Notes under the pieces: model-generated | Seen by the model: the letters and a program-made list of their open reading frames with translations, nothing else | Told to the model about the DNA's origin: nothing | The model's database searches: none | Origin: an uncultured bacterium | GTDB lineage: Bacteria > JAJVIF01 > JAPKYR01 | Direction: 5' to 3' | Length of the DNA stretch: 49,551 nt | Assembly: GCA_965369865.1 (NCBI GenBank) | Contig: CBDURU010000016.1 | Span: forward strand, 1-49,551 | In this document: positions 18,722 through 28,551 of the stretch, in pieces | Layout of the letters: the number at the start of each line of letters is the position of its first letter | Numbering within the stretch: the first letter of the stretch is position 1 | Program-made: the position numbers and the translations under genes

Positions 18722-21433
18722 ATGATAAAACCAATAGATACCGAAAGAAATAATCCTGGATTTTACATTTATTTTGGATATCCCGTCATTTCACTTCTTT
18801 TTCTACTGCTGTTGATAATGCCTGCTTCCGGGCAGGAAGGGAACACCCCGGAAATTCTTCCACGGCTTCAGGAGGGAATACAAATTACGGACTGGCATGT
18901 TGTGGGGCCGTTTCATTCGGGTCCGAGGGAACCCCTGGCGAATCCGCTTGCCGGGACGTTTAATTATGAGACAGGGATCGTTGATCTGGATGCCAGATAT
19001 CCTTCCATCTATGAATTCGGTGGACGTGTGAGCTGGCAGGAACAATCGGTCGATGAGGATGGGAATCTTGTTTTTGCTTTCGATAATCCTGACTGGGATA
19101 AACTCAATGATGAATGGGGTGTGAGCGGGATATATTATGTGGGTGGAGCGTACTCTTCATTCGAGTGTGAAGAGAAATGCGAGGCATTGATCAACGCGCA
19201 TGGGATTGGGAGTTTTTATATAAATGGACGACGGTATTCGGGCGATCCATACGGGCACAGGCTGATACAGACTCCTGTTGTGCTTGATGAGGGTACGAAT
19301 CATGTATTTTTCATGACAGGTGGATTTGCCGGTAACGATACTGTGAAATTCGAGGTCCTCCCTGCGCCTGAGACTGAATTGATAATTTTAGACCGGGATA
19401 TTTTAGTAGCGGATATTGTCAGGGGTGAAGACTACGGGGCATTGGCAGGTGTCCCGGTACTGAATACGACCAATCGGTGGATACGGGACATTACAATTGT
19501 AGGCGGTAATTCAACACCTGGAGATAATATCACGTATGAAGTTGGACCAATCGCACCGCTTTGTATTGAAAATACACCGATAAGTGTTGCTCTAAATGAG
19601 GAAAGCTCAACCACGGAAGAAGATACATTTGAAATCCCGTTTACGCTTACATGGGGAGATAACAGTCTGGAATTTACTCACCCGGCAAGGGTAAGAAATC
19701 CTGAGGACTCCAGGATCGTTACATTCACCAGTAGTAATGATTACAGCACACAAAAATATGCAATCCGATACCCCATTAACTACGATCCTGAACAACAATA
19801 CTCTTTAATTATCACAACTCACGGTGCTAGTGTTGAATGCGAGGGGCAGGTAGACGCGTTTGAATCAAAGGACTGGGCGTTTGTGGTAGCGCCAACAAAC
19901 CGAAGGAGATTCGGTTTTGACTGGCAGGACTGGGGACGATTAGACGCGATAGAAATTTTGGATCGTGTCATGGAAGAGTATCCAATCGATCCTGACCGGG
20001 TTTATTTAATTGGTCATTCGATGGGCGGCCATGGCGCATGGCATATCGGAACGACGCATGCCGACAGATTTGCAGCGATTGTGCCATCGGCCGGATGGGC
20101 GTCGTTCCAGCTTTATATGCCGTGGTTCCTTCGGGCAGATGAATTATATGCCGATCCCAACCTGACAAGGATTTTCGAACAGTGTACAAATCCTGACAGA
20201 ACGGAAAGATTGCTTCCCAATTTGAGGAATGTTCCGGTTCTCGCGGTTCATGGGGGGGATGATAACGACGTCCCACCTACCCATGCACGCCTTCTTATCG
20301 GGACTCTTGAAAGGATGGGATACGATGCCCGTCTATGGGAGGAATCCGGACAGGGCCACTGGTGGGACGCGCATCCGGGAATTCCGGGAGCTGATTGTGT
20401 GGATGGCTTGAGGATACGGTCATTCTGTCATGAGAGGGTCCGCGATCCATATCCGAGGCATGTGACATTTGTCAGTTATGATCTTGCGAATAATAACAGT
20501 ATGTACTGGCTCACGGTGATGGCGGATATTAGACCAATTGGACGGATTTTTGCTGATGTGGAGTTCAAACAGGATGGTTCTTTAATTATTACTACTGAAA
20601 ATGTCAGAAGGTTCCATATAATTCTTTCTGAAGATTCTGGTTTTGAAATTCCAGATACAATTATTATTAATGGAAAAGAGCCTTTCTTTTTAGAAGATTT
20701 GGACAACTCTGAACATTTAGGTTTAGAACTTACTTACGATGGTATGTGGATTCCATACTGGACGTCTTATCCACCCCGACCCTGGATGTTTCGTAGAGTA
20801 ACGAATATGCGCGGTCCTATAAAGCGTGCCTATTTCAAGCCATTTGTAATCGTTGCTGGACAGAGTGGTACCCTGGAGCAAAACGAACTCAATATGGAAA
20901 TCGCAAGGAATCTCGCCCAGAGATGGTGGTATCGTGCGAATGGGACCACCATGATTTTCACCGATACTGAATTACCAGACTGGATTCTGGATAGTGGGAC
21001 CACCATAATTTTCACCGATACTGAATTACCAGACTGGATGCTGGATAGTGGAGCCAATTTAATACTGATCGGAGGTCCAGATTCAAATACGAGGAGTGCT
21101 GAGTATGCAAATATGTTCCCATTTCAAATGGAAGTTGATGGAATCTGGATGGGAGACGAATTCATTGAAGGTGAAGACCTGGCATGCCAGTTTGTATTCC
21201 CCAGGCCGGAGACGTCACAAGCGCTGGTCCACTGCATCTGGGGTAACTCGCTTGAAGGCATGCGGCTCTCAGGTAGCCTTACATGCCTGTACTCTGGCAG
21301 CAATCTGCCGGATTTTCTGGTCTATGATGACGATGTTCGTTTAATGGGATACGCGGGAGTACGTGCTGCGGGATTCTTCGATATCGGGTGGGGACTGGGC
21401 ATGGATCCGGACTCTTATTACGTCAGGAGGTAA
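18722..21433 (+). CDS. Secreted alpha/beta-hydrolase (prolyl oligopeptidase / esterase-like)
   Basis: IDPDRVYLIGHSMGGHG nucleophile elbow; HGGDDNDVPP (acid); GQGHWW (His). Confidence 0.85.
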   Translation: MIKPIDTERNNPGFYIYFGYPVISLLFLLLLIMPASGQEGNTPEILPRLQEGIQITDWHVVGPFHSGPREPLANPLAGTFNYETGIVDLDARYPSIYEFGGRVSWQEQSVDEDGNLVFAFDNPDWDKLNDEWGVSGIYYVGGAYSSFECEEKCEALINAHGIGSFYINGRRYSGDPYGHRLIQTPVVLDEGTNHVFFMTGGFAGNDTVKFEVLPAPETELIILDRDILVADIVRGEDYGALAGVPVLNTTNRWIRDITIVGGNSTPGDNITYEVGPIAPLCIENTPISVALNEESSTTEEDTFEIPFTLTWGDNSLEFTHPARVRNPEDSRIVTFTSSNDYSTQKYAIRYPINYDPEQQYSLIITTHGASVECEGQVDAFESKDWAFVVAPTNRRRFGFDWQDWGRLDAIEILDRVMEEYPIDPDRVYLIGHSMGGHGAWHIGTTHADRFAAIVPSAGWASFQLYMPWFLRADELYADPNLTRIFEQCTNPDRTERLLPNLRNVPVLAVHGGDDNDVPPTHARLLIGTLERMGYDARLWEESGQGHWWDAHPGIPGADCVDGLRIRSFCHERVRDPYPRHVTFVSYDLANNNSMYWLTVMADIRPIGRIFADVEFKQDGSLIITTENVRRFHIILSEDSGFEIPDTIIINGKEPFFLEDLDNSEHLGLELTYDGMWIPYWTSYPPRPWMFRRVTNMRGPIKRAYFKPFVIVAGQSGTLEQNELNMEIARNLAQRWWYRANGTTMIFTDTELPDWILDSGTTIIFTDTELPDWMLDSGANLILIGGPDSNTRSAEYANMFPFQMEVDGIWMGDEFIEGEDLACQFVFPRPETSQALVHCIWGNSLEGMRLSGSLTCLYSGSNLPDFLVYDDDVRLMGYAGVRAAGFFDIGWGLGMDPDSYYVRR
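20941..21051 (+). repeat. In-frame 54-nt tandem duplication
   Basis: GTTMIFTDTELPDWILDS / GTTIIFTDTELPDWMLDS; the two nucleotide copies differ at 2 positions. Confidence 0.95.
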
Positions 21434-21468
21434 GAATACAGGGAACGAGTTTATTTTGAAATTTCAAT

Positions 21469-21596
21469 TAAGACCAATCCTGTTAAATAAAAATTGATTG
21501 GACATATTTAGAATTTAGGGGGACACCTGCTTTTCGACGGGCGAAAAGAGGTGTCCCCGATCTTGTATCAATATTTAATTAATAGGATTGGTCTTA
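21469..21596. mobile_element. MITE-like element with ~28-bp imperfect terminal inverted repeats, TA flanks and an internal hairpin
   Basis: Left end TA-AGACCAATCCTGTTAAATAAAAATTGAT; right end read as reverse complement TA-AGACCAATCCTATTAATTAAATATTGAT. Inner hairpin GGGGACACCT…AGGTGTCCCC. The left ~64 nt recur at 49447. Confidence 0.75.
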
Positions 21597-22676
21597 ATAC
21601 TCAAGAGTATGTTCACCACCGCTTGTTAGAACCAGGATTATTCCATCGTTGAACCCATCCAGTGCACCATAAATCCACGCCTTAGAGCTTAACTGGTAGT
21701 AAGGAAAAGTTGGCATATATCCCTCTTCTCCCCCACCCATCGTTTCAGGATTGGAATAAAGGACACGAACATTAAAATCAGGATGACTGATATCCAGGAA
21801 AGGATTTGTTGGATCCTGGTAATATTCATCCGCGACTATACCAAACTCGGTACTATTAAATGTTGCAGCTTCCAGTCCCTGCTTTGAAGTCAGGCGGATT
21901 ATGTCCAGGCCCTCGCCTTTTAATGAACCATAAGCACCCAGCATATATTTGTTGATTTTAAAATATGGCCAACCCCAGATAAGCCTGTATTTTGCGCCAT
22001 CAAGGTTATCAGGGTCCTCGAGGAAAAAATCTCCACCGGAACGATAGAAGAATTCACCAGGCCACCAGTTTTTTCGACCGTCCAGGCCACCCATGCAATA
22101 GAATGAGTTTGAGCGGCCCTCACAGACCACGCCAATACCGGAATCGGGGTCGGAAAGCATTGTATTTGCATAATTAGTAGTGTTGCCGTCAATATCGAAC
22201 AGATAACGTGGATCATCGAGGCAGTTTCCCATGATATCCCCGTTCAAACCGAACCTTAGATCGCCGGCTCCAGGTGTAGCATCAGCGCCGGTAAGTGCAA
22301 CAACTTTCCGCAGGGCTGAACTGGAACTGAGGAAAGGATTCGATGGGTATGAGCCAAGGTAACCGTTTTCAAGAAGCGGATCCAGTGGAGGCCTGTCGTC
22401 CGGATCGACATCCGTAATCACCCTGCAACCATTTTCTTCATTCCACCCTTCAGGATCTCCACCGAATATATATGCCGGGTATTCACCTGAGTGGTCTGCC
22501 GCATACCTTTCCAGGGCTTCATAAATCTCATGCAGGTTCGCCTTAACCTCACTTTCCCTTGCCTTGTCCATTGATGTTAACCCGCTGGTACATGCGGAAG
22601 AGAGCAGTAAGGAAAATACCAAGATTGAAAGAGTCAATTCGAAGAATGGATACCCTCGTTGGTCGTAAATGGACAG
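21594..22676 (-). CDS. Type IV pilin / type II secretion pseudopilin-like protein
   Basis: In-frame extension upstream of the TTG gives QRG|YPFFELTLSILVFSLLL (class III signal, Glu at +5). Followed by KARESEVKANLHEIYEALERYAADHSGEYP. Proposed CTG start 6 nt after AGGAGG. Confidence 0.7.
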   Translation of the reverse strand: MSIYDQRGYPFFELTLSILVFSLLLSSACTSGLTSMDKARESEVKANLHEIYEALERYAADHSGEYPAYIFGGDPEGWNEENGCRVITDVDPDDRPPLDPLLENGYLGSYPSNPFLSSSSALRKVVALTGADATPGAGDLRFGLNGDIMGNCLDDPRYLFDIDGNTTNYANTMLSDPDSGIGVVCEGRSNSFYCMGGLDGRKNWWPGEFFYRSGGDFFLEDPDNLDGAKYRLIWGWPYFKINKYMLGAYGSLKGEGLDIIRLTSKQGLEAATFNSTEFGIVADEYYQDPTNPFLDISHPDFNVRVLYSNPETMGGGEEGYMPTFPYYQLSSKAWIYGALDGFNDGIILVLTSGGEHTLEY

Positions 22677-22801
22677 ACTGCACCTCCTAACTAACTTTAT
22701 GTAAGAATAACATATTTAATGGGTATTTTGGGCAGTAAAAAGTCCCACTGAATTGCATCAATGGGACTCATAATTTTGTATTTAACATTCGAAGCTGGAA
22801 G

Positions 22802-23950
22802 TCATTCATCCTCATCAGCATCGAGAACCGCAAGGACTTTGATGGGTTCAACGATCTCCTTTGTCACATGGATATTCTTTAAACGTGCCATTGAGGATCG
22901 AGTCAGCTTTGTACCCTGGACAATGATAGTAGATCCTGATTTTGTTGGCAGGTCGATTGAAAGGATCATACCAAGCTCAAGTTCATCAAACATGACAAAT
23001 TTTTCCTGGTAGACCCGTACACTGGAAGTAAACGCTTCAAGAATTTCAATATCGTAAAGCTCGGATCGTTGTTTTAATTGGTCGAAGGCCTGTTCGATTG
23101 AAGCTCCCGATGCAAGAAGTGTGTCAAAATCCAGTGCAATGTGGAGTGCTCTGGCAGCAAGCGGGATATCATTTCCCGATACATCATCGTTCGGGAAACC
23201 GGAACCGTCCAGGTTCTTGTTTTGATAAAGGATCATATCAGCGACATTTTCAAGCCTTGGAATGCCTGCGATCAGGTCATGCCCCAGTTGCGGATGCGTC
23301 TTGTACATCATTTCTTCCGTTTCATCGAGTGGTTCACCGCAGTAGACTTTATCGACAACATCGGCAGGGATGGTGACACAACCGATCTGTGAAAGCATGG
23401 TACCGACCTCGAATTCCCACGGAGCTTCAATGTCAAGTTTAAGTGCGAGCTTGCTCATGGTTCGCTCAACTCTCGAGGCGCGTCCGAAAGCAGCGGGGCT
23501 GACGAGTGTGAGAATATCGGTAAGGACCTCAATACTGCTCTTGAAGGTTTTTTCAAGAAGGTCCCGCTCGGCCTGAACCAGCTTGTAGTATTTAATACCT
23601 GAATTCAGGGTATCAATTAGCATCTCAGTAGGGCATGGCTTGGTTAAAAACTTGAATATTTCACCCTTATTAACCGCGTTGATAGCGACATCAAGAGCTG
23701 CCTGCCCTGTGAGTATCATCCGTACGCTGTCCGGGGCAGAATCCCGGGCTTTAGCAAGGAACTGGATCCCGTTCATAACCGGCATCTGGTAATCGGAAAC
23801 GATCACCGCAAACGGCCCAAACTTGTCGATCGCTCTAAGGCCTTCTTCGGGACCAAGTGCGGTAGTAATTTCATAATTCCCCATTAATTTTCGTTTCAGC
23901 CCCGAAAGGATGCTGGGATTGTCATCAACAAATAGAATTTTATCCTTCAT
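22802..23950 (-). CDS. Response regulator, REC plus degenerate HD-GYP-like domain
   Basis: ILFVDD…SDYQMP…FLTKP. Output domain has LSQIG in place of LHDIG, plus DGSGFP and IPLAAR. Confidence 0.85.
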   Translation of the reverse strand: MKDKILFVDDNPSILSGLKRKLMGNYEITTALGPEEGLRAIDKFGPFAVIVSDYQMPVMNGIQFLAKARDSAPDSVRMILTGQAALDVAINAVNKGEIFKFLTKPCPTEMLIDTLNSGIKYYKLVQAERDLLEKTFKSSIEVLTDILTLVSPAAFGRASRVERTMSKLALKLDIEAPWEFEVGTMLSQIGCVTIPADVVDKVYCGEPLDETEEMMYKTHPQLGHDLIAGIPRLENVADMILYQNKNLDGSGFPNDDVSGNDIPLAARALHIALDFDTLLASGASIEQAFDQLKQRSELYDIEILEAFTSSVRVYQEKFVMFDELELGMILSIDLPTKSGSTIIVQGTKLTRSSMARLKNIHVTKEIVEPIKVLAVLDADEDE

Positions 23951-24007
23951 ATTTACACGTCCTGGTCCTGTCTTCACCCGGCAATCACTTCGCCTCCGGT
24001 AAAGTTT

Positions 24008-25162
24008 TTAAAAAATATCGTCCTTACTTGGGATAAAAACGTCAACTGTATCGGGAACCTCACCGGACCTGGAGAAATTCCTTAACCGCTCTTTCAATAC
24101 GAGAGAAACCGGCTGTCCTTTGGCGACAAGAAGCATTCCTCCCACTGATATAACATCTTCGGCCAGTTTCATCCCGCTAACAAGGTTCTTAATATTAATA
24201 GTTTCAATGACATAGTCGGTTTCACTCTTGACTATCTCCAGCATGATTTTAACGATATGCGGATCATATTCATTTGTGCGATTTTTTAAAGTCTGCACGG
24301 CCTGAAGGTTCGTTTTGCCTGAAGAATTAAGCGTATCGTAATCAAGCGCAATATGAAGAGCACGCGCACCAAGCGGAATTGCATCTTCCACCGGACCGGT
24401 CATGCTATTCTCATGCCGCTTAAAACTCTGCTCCTGCCACAAAATGATCTGAGCTACCCTGTTCAGCCTTGGAATGTTGACGATCAAATCATGCCCGGTT
24501 TTTGGATGTGCGGCAAACATACTGGTTTCCAGCCCGTTTAAAGCGGAGCCCTTGTAAATTTTATCAAGGACATTAGAAGGAAGGGTAATGCAGCCGATCT
24601 GTGACAACATCCCTGCCAGGATAAACTCCCATTTATCTTCCACATTAAGCTTATCAGCCATTTTGACCATGGTAGCCCGAACCCTGTTTGCCCTTCCGAA
24701 AGCAATGGGGCTGGTCAGGGAGAGAATTTCAATCATGACCTTGACACTGCCGCTGAGTGTTTTTTCGAGGAGTTCTTTTTCAGATTTAACCAAATGGTAC
24801 TGCCGGATACCGTCTTTCAACACCTTAACGAGGGTCTCAGTGGGGCAAGGTTTGGTCAGAAACCTGAAAATATGCCCTTCATTGACCGCGTCAATGGATG
24901 TATCGAGATCGGCAAAGCCGGTTAACATCATACGGATTGTGTCAGGAGCGGTTACTCGCACATTTGACAGGAATTCCACACCATTCATTTCGGGCATCTG
25001 CATATCGGAAACAATGACTGAGAATGGCCCGTTATTTTTTACGGCCTCCAGCCCTTTCTCCGGGCCCAGGGCGGTAATTACCTGAAAATGATCCATCAAA
25101 TTACGCTCGAATCCTGCCAGGATCTTAGGTTCATCATCAACAAAGAGGATCTTTTCAACCAT
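24008..25162 (-). CDS. Response regulator, REC plus degenerate HD-GYP-like domain (paralog of 22802..23950)
   Basis: MVEKILFVDD…SDMQMP…FLTKP; LSQIG; IPLGAR. GGAGG SD before the ATG at 25162. Confidence 0.85.
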   Translation of the reverse strand: MVEKILFVDDEPKILAGFERNLMDHFQVITALGPEKGLEAVKNNGPFSVIVSDMQMPEMNGVEFLSNVRVTAPDTIRMMLTGFADLDTSIDAVNEGHIFRFLTKPCPTETLVKVLKDGIRQYHLVKSEKELLEKTLSGSVKVMIEILSLTSPIAFGRANRVRATMVKMADKLNVEDKWEFILAGMLSQIGCITLPSNVLDKIYKGSALNGLETSMFAAHPKTGHDLIVNIPRLNRVAQIILWQEQSFKRHENSMTGPVEDAIPLGARALHIALDYDTLNSSGKTNLQAVQTLKNRTNEYDPHIVKIMLEIVKSETDYVIETINIKNLVSGMKLAEDVISVGGMLLVAKGQPVSLVLKERLRNFSRSGEVPDTVDVFIPSKDDIF

Positions 25163-26381
25163 TATTAATATCCTCCAACAGCTCTTCCCTGCAAGTCTTG
25201 AGCCAGACAGGCAGCCTGTCCACCAGACCAAGTTTCTCAAGGTATTCCATACATACACCGTCAATCAAATCCTCGTCAGTAGGTTCCAACTTGTGTGAAT
25301 TCATAGCGAATACATTACTAACGTGAACTGCTGTCAGACAGTTGATCTTGCTCCCCGGGCTTTTCATGGGATCGTGATGGTAGGCGATTGCTTCTACTAT
25401 TGAGTCGCTTAATCCCCATAAACCAAGAAGGTACGCGCCAACCTCAGCATGCGATGCACCGATGATATCGTATTCAACTTCATATGCGGACTTACCGGTG
25501 CGTGAAATTTCTTTAAGGATTTTATCGTAATCAGACTGAGCTTTTGAAGCCAGAACCAGTTTTCCAATGTCATGCAGCAAGCCCGCAGTCAGAGCTTCGT
25601 CGAGCATTTCCTTCCCGAAATTCTCAGCCCTGGCAATTTTCTCCGACAAGCCGGTAACCTTAATACTATGGTTCCAGAGGGCGTCAAGAATGTACTTCCT
25701 ATCCTGGCTGATTTTAAATTGCGAAAAAGTATGCGTCATTAATGCAAGGTCTCTAACCACATTCATACCGAGGATCATTACGGCCTGTGAAGGATCGGAA
25801 ATATGCCTGGCAACTCCAAAGAAAGCTGAATTGACCAACTGCAGGAGCTTGGCTGTCATACTCATGTCCTGGGAGACGATTTTCCCGACAGATTTTGCAG
25901 AAGCATCCGAGGATTCTATTTCTTCAATCAGTTTTTTGTAATAGTCCGGCAAGCTTGGAAGCGATTCCATTTCGGAAGTAATACGGGTCAGCCTTTCGTT
26001 ATCAAGAAGGCTCCTTAACGCACATGCCCGAACAATGGTAGATTTTAAAGTGATTGCATTACAGGGTTTTGACAGGAACTGGTGTATTGGCCCGACTGAT
26101 TTTATAAAATCCTTATTATCAACCTGGCCGGATAAAGCAATTCTCACAGTGGTGGGAAATTTATTTTTCACTTCGTCCAGGAGTTCGGATCCAGTCATGC
26201 CCGGCATCCGCATATCCGATATGATAACTTCATAAGGTTCGCTGGCCATTAACTCAAGCGCAGAATCACCACTTTCAGCGAAATTTATTTCCCAGTCATG
26301 CTGGATAGTCATCATCATACGCTGGATTCCACGCAGAACTTTAGGTTCATCGTCAACAAACAGAATCCTTTTTTTACTCAC
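25155..26381 (-). CDS. Response regulator, REC plus HDOD domain
   Basis: GTG start overlapping the kinase stop. LPSLP…LLQLVNSAFFG…LWNHS…GLLHDIGKLVL…HAEVGAYLLGLWGL. Confidence 0.9.
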   Translation of the reverse strand: MSKKRILFVDDEPKVLRGIQRMMMTIQHDWEINFAESGDSALELMASEPYEVIISDMRMPGMTGSELLDEVKNKFPTTVRIALSGQVDNKDFIKSVGPIHQFLSKPCNAITLKSTIVRACALRSLLDNERLTRITSEMESLPSLPDYYKKLIEEIESSDASAKSVGKIVSQDMSMTAKLLQLVNSAFFGVARHISDPSQAVMILGMNVVRDLALMTHTFSQFKISQDRKYILDALWNHSIKVTGLSEKIARAENFGKEMLDEALTAGLLHDIGKLVLASKAQSDYDKILKEISRTGKSAYEVEYDIIGASHAEVGAYLLGLWGLSDSIVEAIAYHHDPMKSPGSKINCLTAVHVSNVFAMNSHKLEPTDEDLIDGVCMEYLEKLGLVDRLPVWLKTCREELLEDINNG

Positions 26382-28434
26382 CTTCTTCTCCCTCCAGTTC
26401 ATCCTCGTCAGATTTGAGTGGCAATCGAACAATGAAACTGCTGCCCTGGCCTTGTTCTGTCTCAAATGTAATCGAACCGCCATGTTTTTCAGTGATGACA
26501 GAGTGGGCAATCGACAGGCCCTGCCCGGTTCCCTTCCCTACGCCTTTTGTAGTAAAGAATGGATCGAAAATCCTGTCCTGGATTTTCACAGGGATGCCTG
26601 TCCCGGTGTCTTTGCATCGAATTTCAACCCAATCTCCATCCAATCTGGTGCTGATCTTAATTAATCCCTTCTCTGCAGATTTATCACCCAGATGTTTTCC
26701 AATCGCGTGTGCCGCATTGGTAATCAGGTTCAAAATGACCTGGTTGATTTCTCCCGGAATACAATTCACACCTGGAATTGAACTGTCAAGATCCGTTTCA
26801 AGCTCAGAAACATATTTCCATTCATTTCTCGCGATAGTAACGGTACTTTTGATGGCTTTGTTAATATCAATTGTCTTTTTCTCCCCCGAGCCCATATGGG
26901 AGAAGTCCTTCATGGCTTTAACAATTTCTACAACACGGTTGATGCCTTCAAGAGATTCCTTGATTGCATCATCCACCATTGTGGATATCTGCTCGATATT
27001 TGTTTCTTGGAGGGCTTCCTCAACAGTTTTAATCTTATCGGCTTTGATTTCACCGTCACGAACAGATTGGAATAAGTCACCATATTTCTTGGTCAGGTCC
27101 AGAATTTTCCCAATGCTGAATGAAAGGAATTCAGTATTATCGCCAACGTACTGCATGGGAGTATTAATCTCGTGCGCAATCCCAGCGGACAGTTGACCGA
27201 TAGATTCAAGTTTTTGAGCCTGCCTGAGCTGCCTTTCAAGGCTTAACTGCTTTGTAACATCGCGTCCAATCGATACGTAATTAATAATAGCTCCGGATGG
27301 ATCTTTAATCGGGAGAACGCTGACTTCTTCATCGTAAAGTTTGCCGTTTTTCTTTCTGTGTGCCAGCCGGCCCGACCAGGTGACACCGTGTTTCAATATA
27401 CTTTGAATTTCTTTATCAAAAATTCCTTTATCCGTGCCATTGGCAAGAGTCCCATAATTTATACCGATAAATTCATCCGACTTATAACCGGTAACCAGCT
27501 CAAATGCCGGGTTAACATATTCAATGATCCCTTCCAGGTCAGTAATGATAATAATTTCAGCGGCCTGGTCGATTATCGACGCCAGTCTGGTATGTTCTTC
27601 AGCAACACGCTTCCTTTCAGTTATATCCCTGGCAACTGCGACGATATCAACTGAGTTATCATCTTCATCAACCATCCTGGTGCAGGACATAAAGGTGGGG
27701 AAGGTTGTTCCATCTTTTCTCGTATGCCAGATCTCACCCTCATAAGTAACATCATTCATTAAGTCAGCAAGCAATGGTTTAACTTCTTCATCAATCTGAG
27801 ACCTGTTAAAATACCGGCTAAGGTGATCAGCAGACGGGTTCTTTTTGTCGTATCCATGCATGGTTTCCCATGCTGAATTTGTGTACGTAATATTTCCGTT
27901 AATATCACTGACAACGATCCCATCCAGGCTGTGTTCAACCGCCCGTTCAAGGATTTTCAGTCGATCCCGGGCTTGCTTGTACTGGATAGTTTCCCCAAGC
28001 CTTCCGGCTATTGCATCGATTAGGGTTCTCTCTTCCTCAAGGAATGGGCCTTCATCAATTTCGGGCATTTTATCGAGATAATAAACCTCAACGACCCCAA
28101 TTATATTGTTCCCGGCAACGATGTCACTTTTAAGCGACCAATCTGTAGTCCGGAAACGGTTTGTTATATATTCACTGTCACCGTAAATAACCCGGGCGCA
28201 CGTAATTTCCGGGTACTGCCACGATGAGGGTATTACTTCCACAATACCCTGGATCATTTCATTGAGTGAAATTCCCGGAAGCACCGCGAGATCTGATATA
28301 CGATACATACAACGCAAAGCTCTGACATGCTGGTCGAGTACATGCATGTGATTACTGAGCGTACCGTTGTGGTCGCAGTCCTGATGGTTAATCATCTCAG
28401 CTTGTTCATAAAATTTATCGTTTGCATCAGACAT
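26374..28434 (-). CDS. Cytoplasmic PAS-PAS sensor histidine kinase
   Basis: Two PAS domains (…RDITERK, …RDVT). H-box AHEINTP, N-box NLITNAAHA, DTGTGI, DPFFTTK, GTGQGLS. Confidence 0.92.
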   Translation of the reverse strand: MSDANDKFYEQAEMINHQDCDHNGTLSNHMHVLDQHVRALRCMYRISDLAVLPGISLNEMIQGIVEVIPSSWQYPEITCARVIYGDSEYITNRFRTTDWSLKSDIVAGNNIIGVVEVYYLDKMPEIDEGPFLEEERTLIDAIAGRLGETIQYKQARDRLKILERAVEHSLDGIVVSDINGNITYTNSAWETMHGYDKKNPSADHLSRYFNRSQIDEEVKPLLADLMNDVTYEGEIWHTRKDGTTFPTFMSCTRMVDEDDNSVDIVAVARDITERKRVAEEHTRLASIIDQAAEIIIITDLEGIIEYVNPAFELVTGYKSDEFIGINYGTLANGTDKGIFDKEIQSILKHGVTWSGRLAHRKKNGKLYDEEVSVLPIKDPSGAIINYVSIGRDVTKQLSLERQLRQAQKLESIGQLSAGIAHEINTPMQYVGDNTEFLSFSIGKILDLTKKYGDLFQSVRDGEIKADKIKTVEEALQETNIEQISTMVDDAIKESLEGINRVVEIVKAMKDFSHMGSGEKKTIDINKAIKSTVTIARNEWKYVSELETDLDSSIPGVNCIPGEINQVILNLITNAAHAIGKHLGDKSAEKGLIKISTRLDGDWVEIRCKDTGTGIPVKIQDRIFDPFFTTKGVGKGTGQGLSIAHSVITEKHGGSITFETEQGQGSSFIVRLPLKSDEDELEGEEGE

Positions 28435-28551
28435 GAAATTTCTCCCAATGAAAAATAGTATGATCCAGTGTCGAATAGTTGAGATTCTTATAGTGACTTC
28501 AGCTGTTCACAACATGTGACCCAGGGAAGATCGATTAATAGCTATTTAGAA

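Noticed and set aside
26414..27196. Long antisense ORF (260 aa) and similar antisense ORFs within dnaK and the response regulators
   Set aside because: Opposite-strand shadows of well-supported genes, with no independent motifs.
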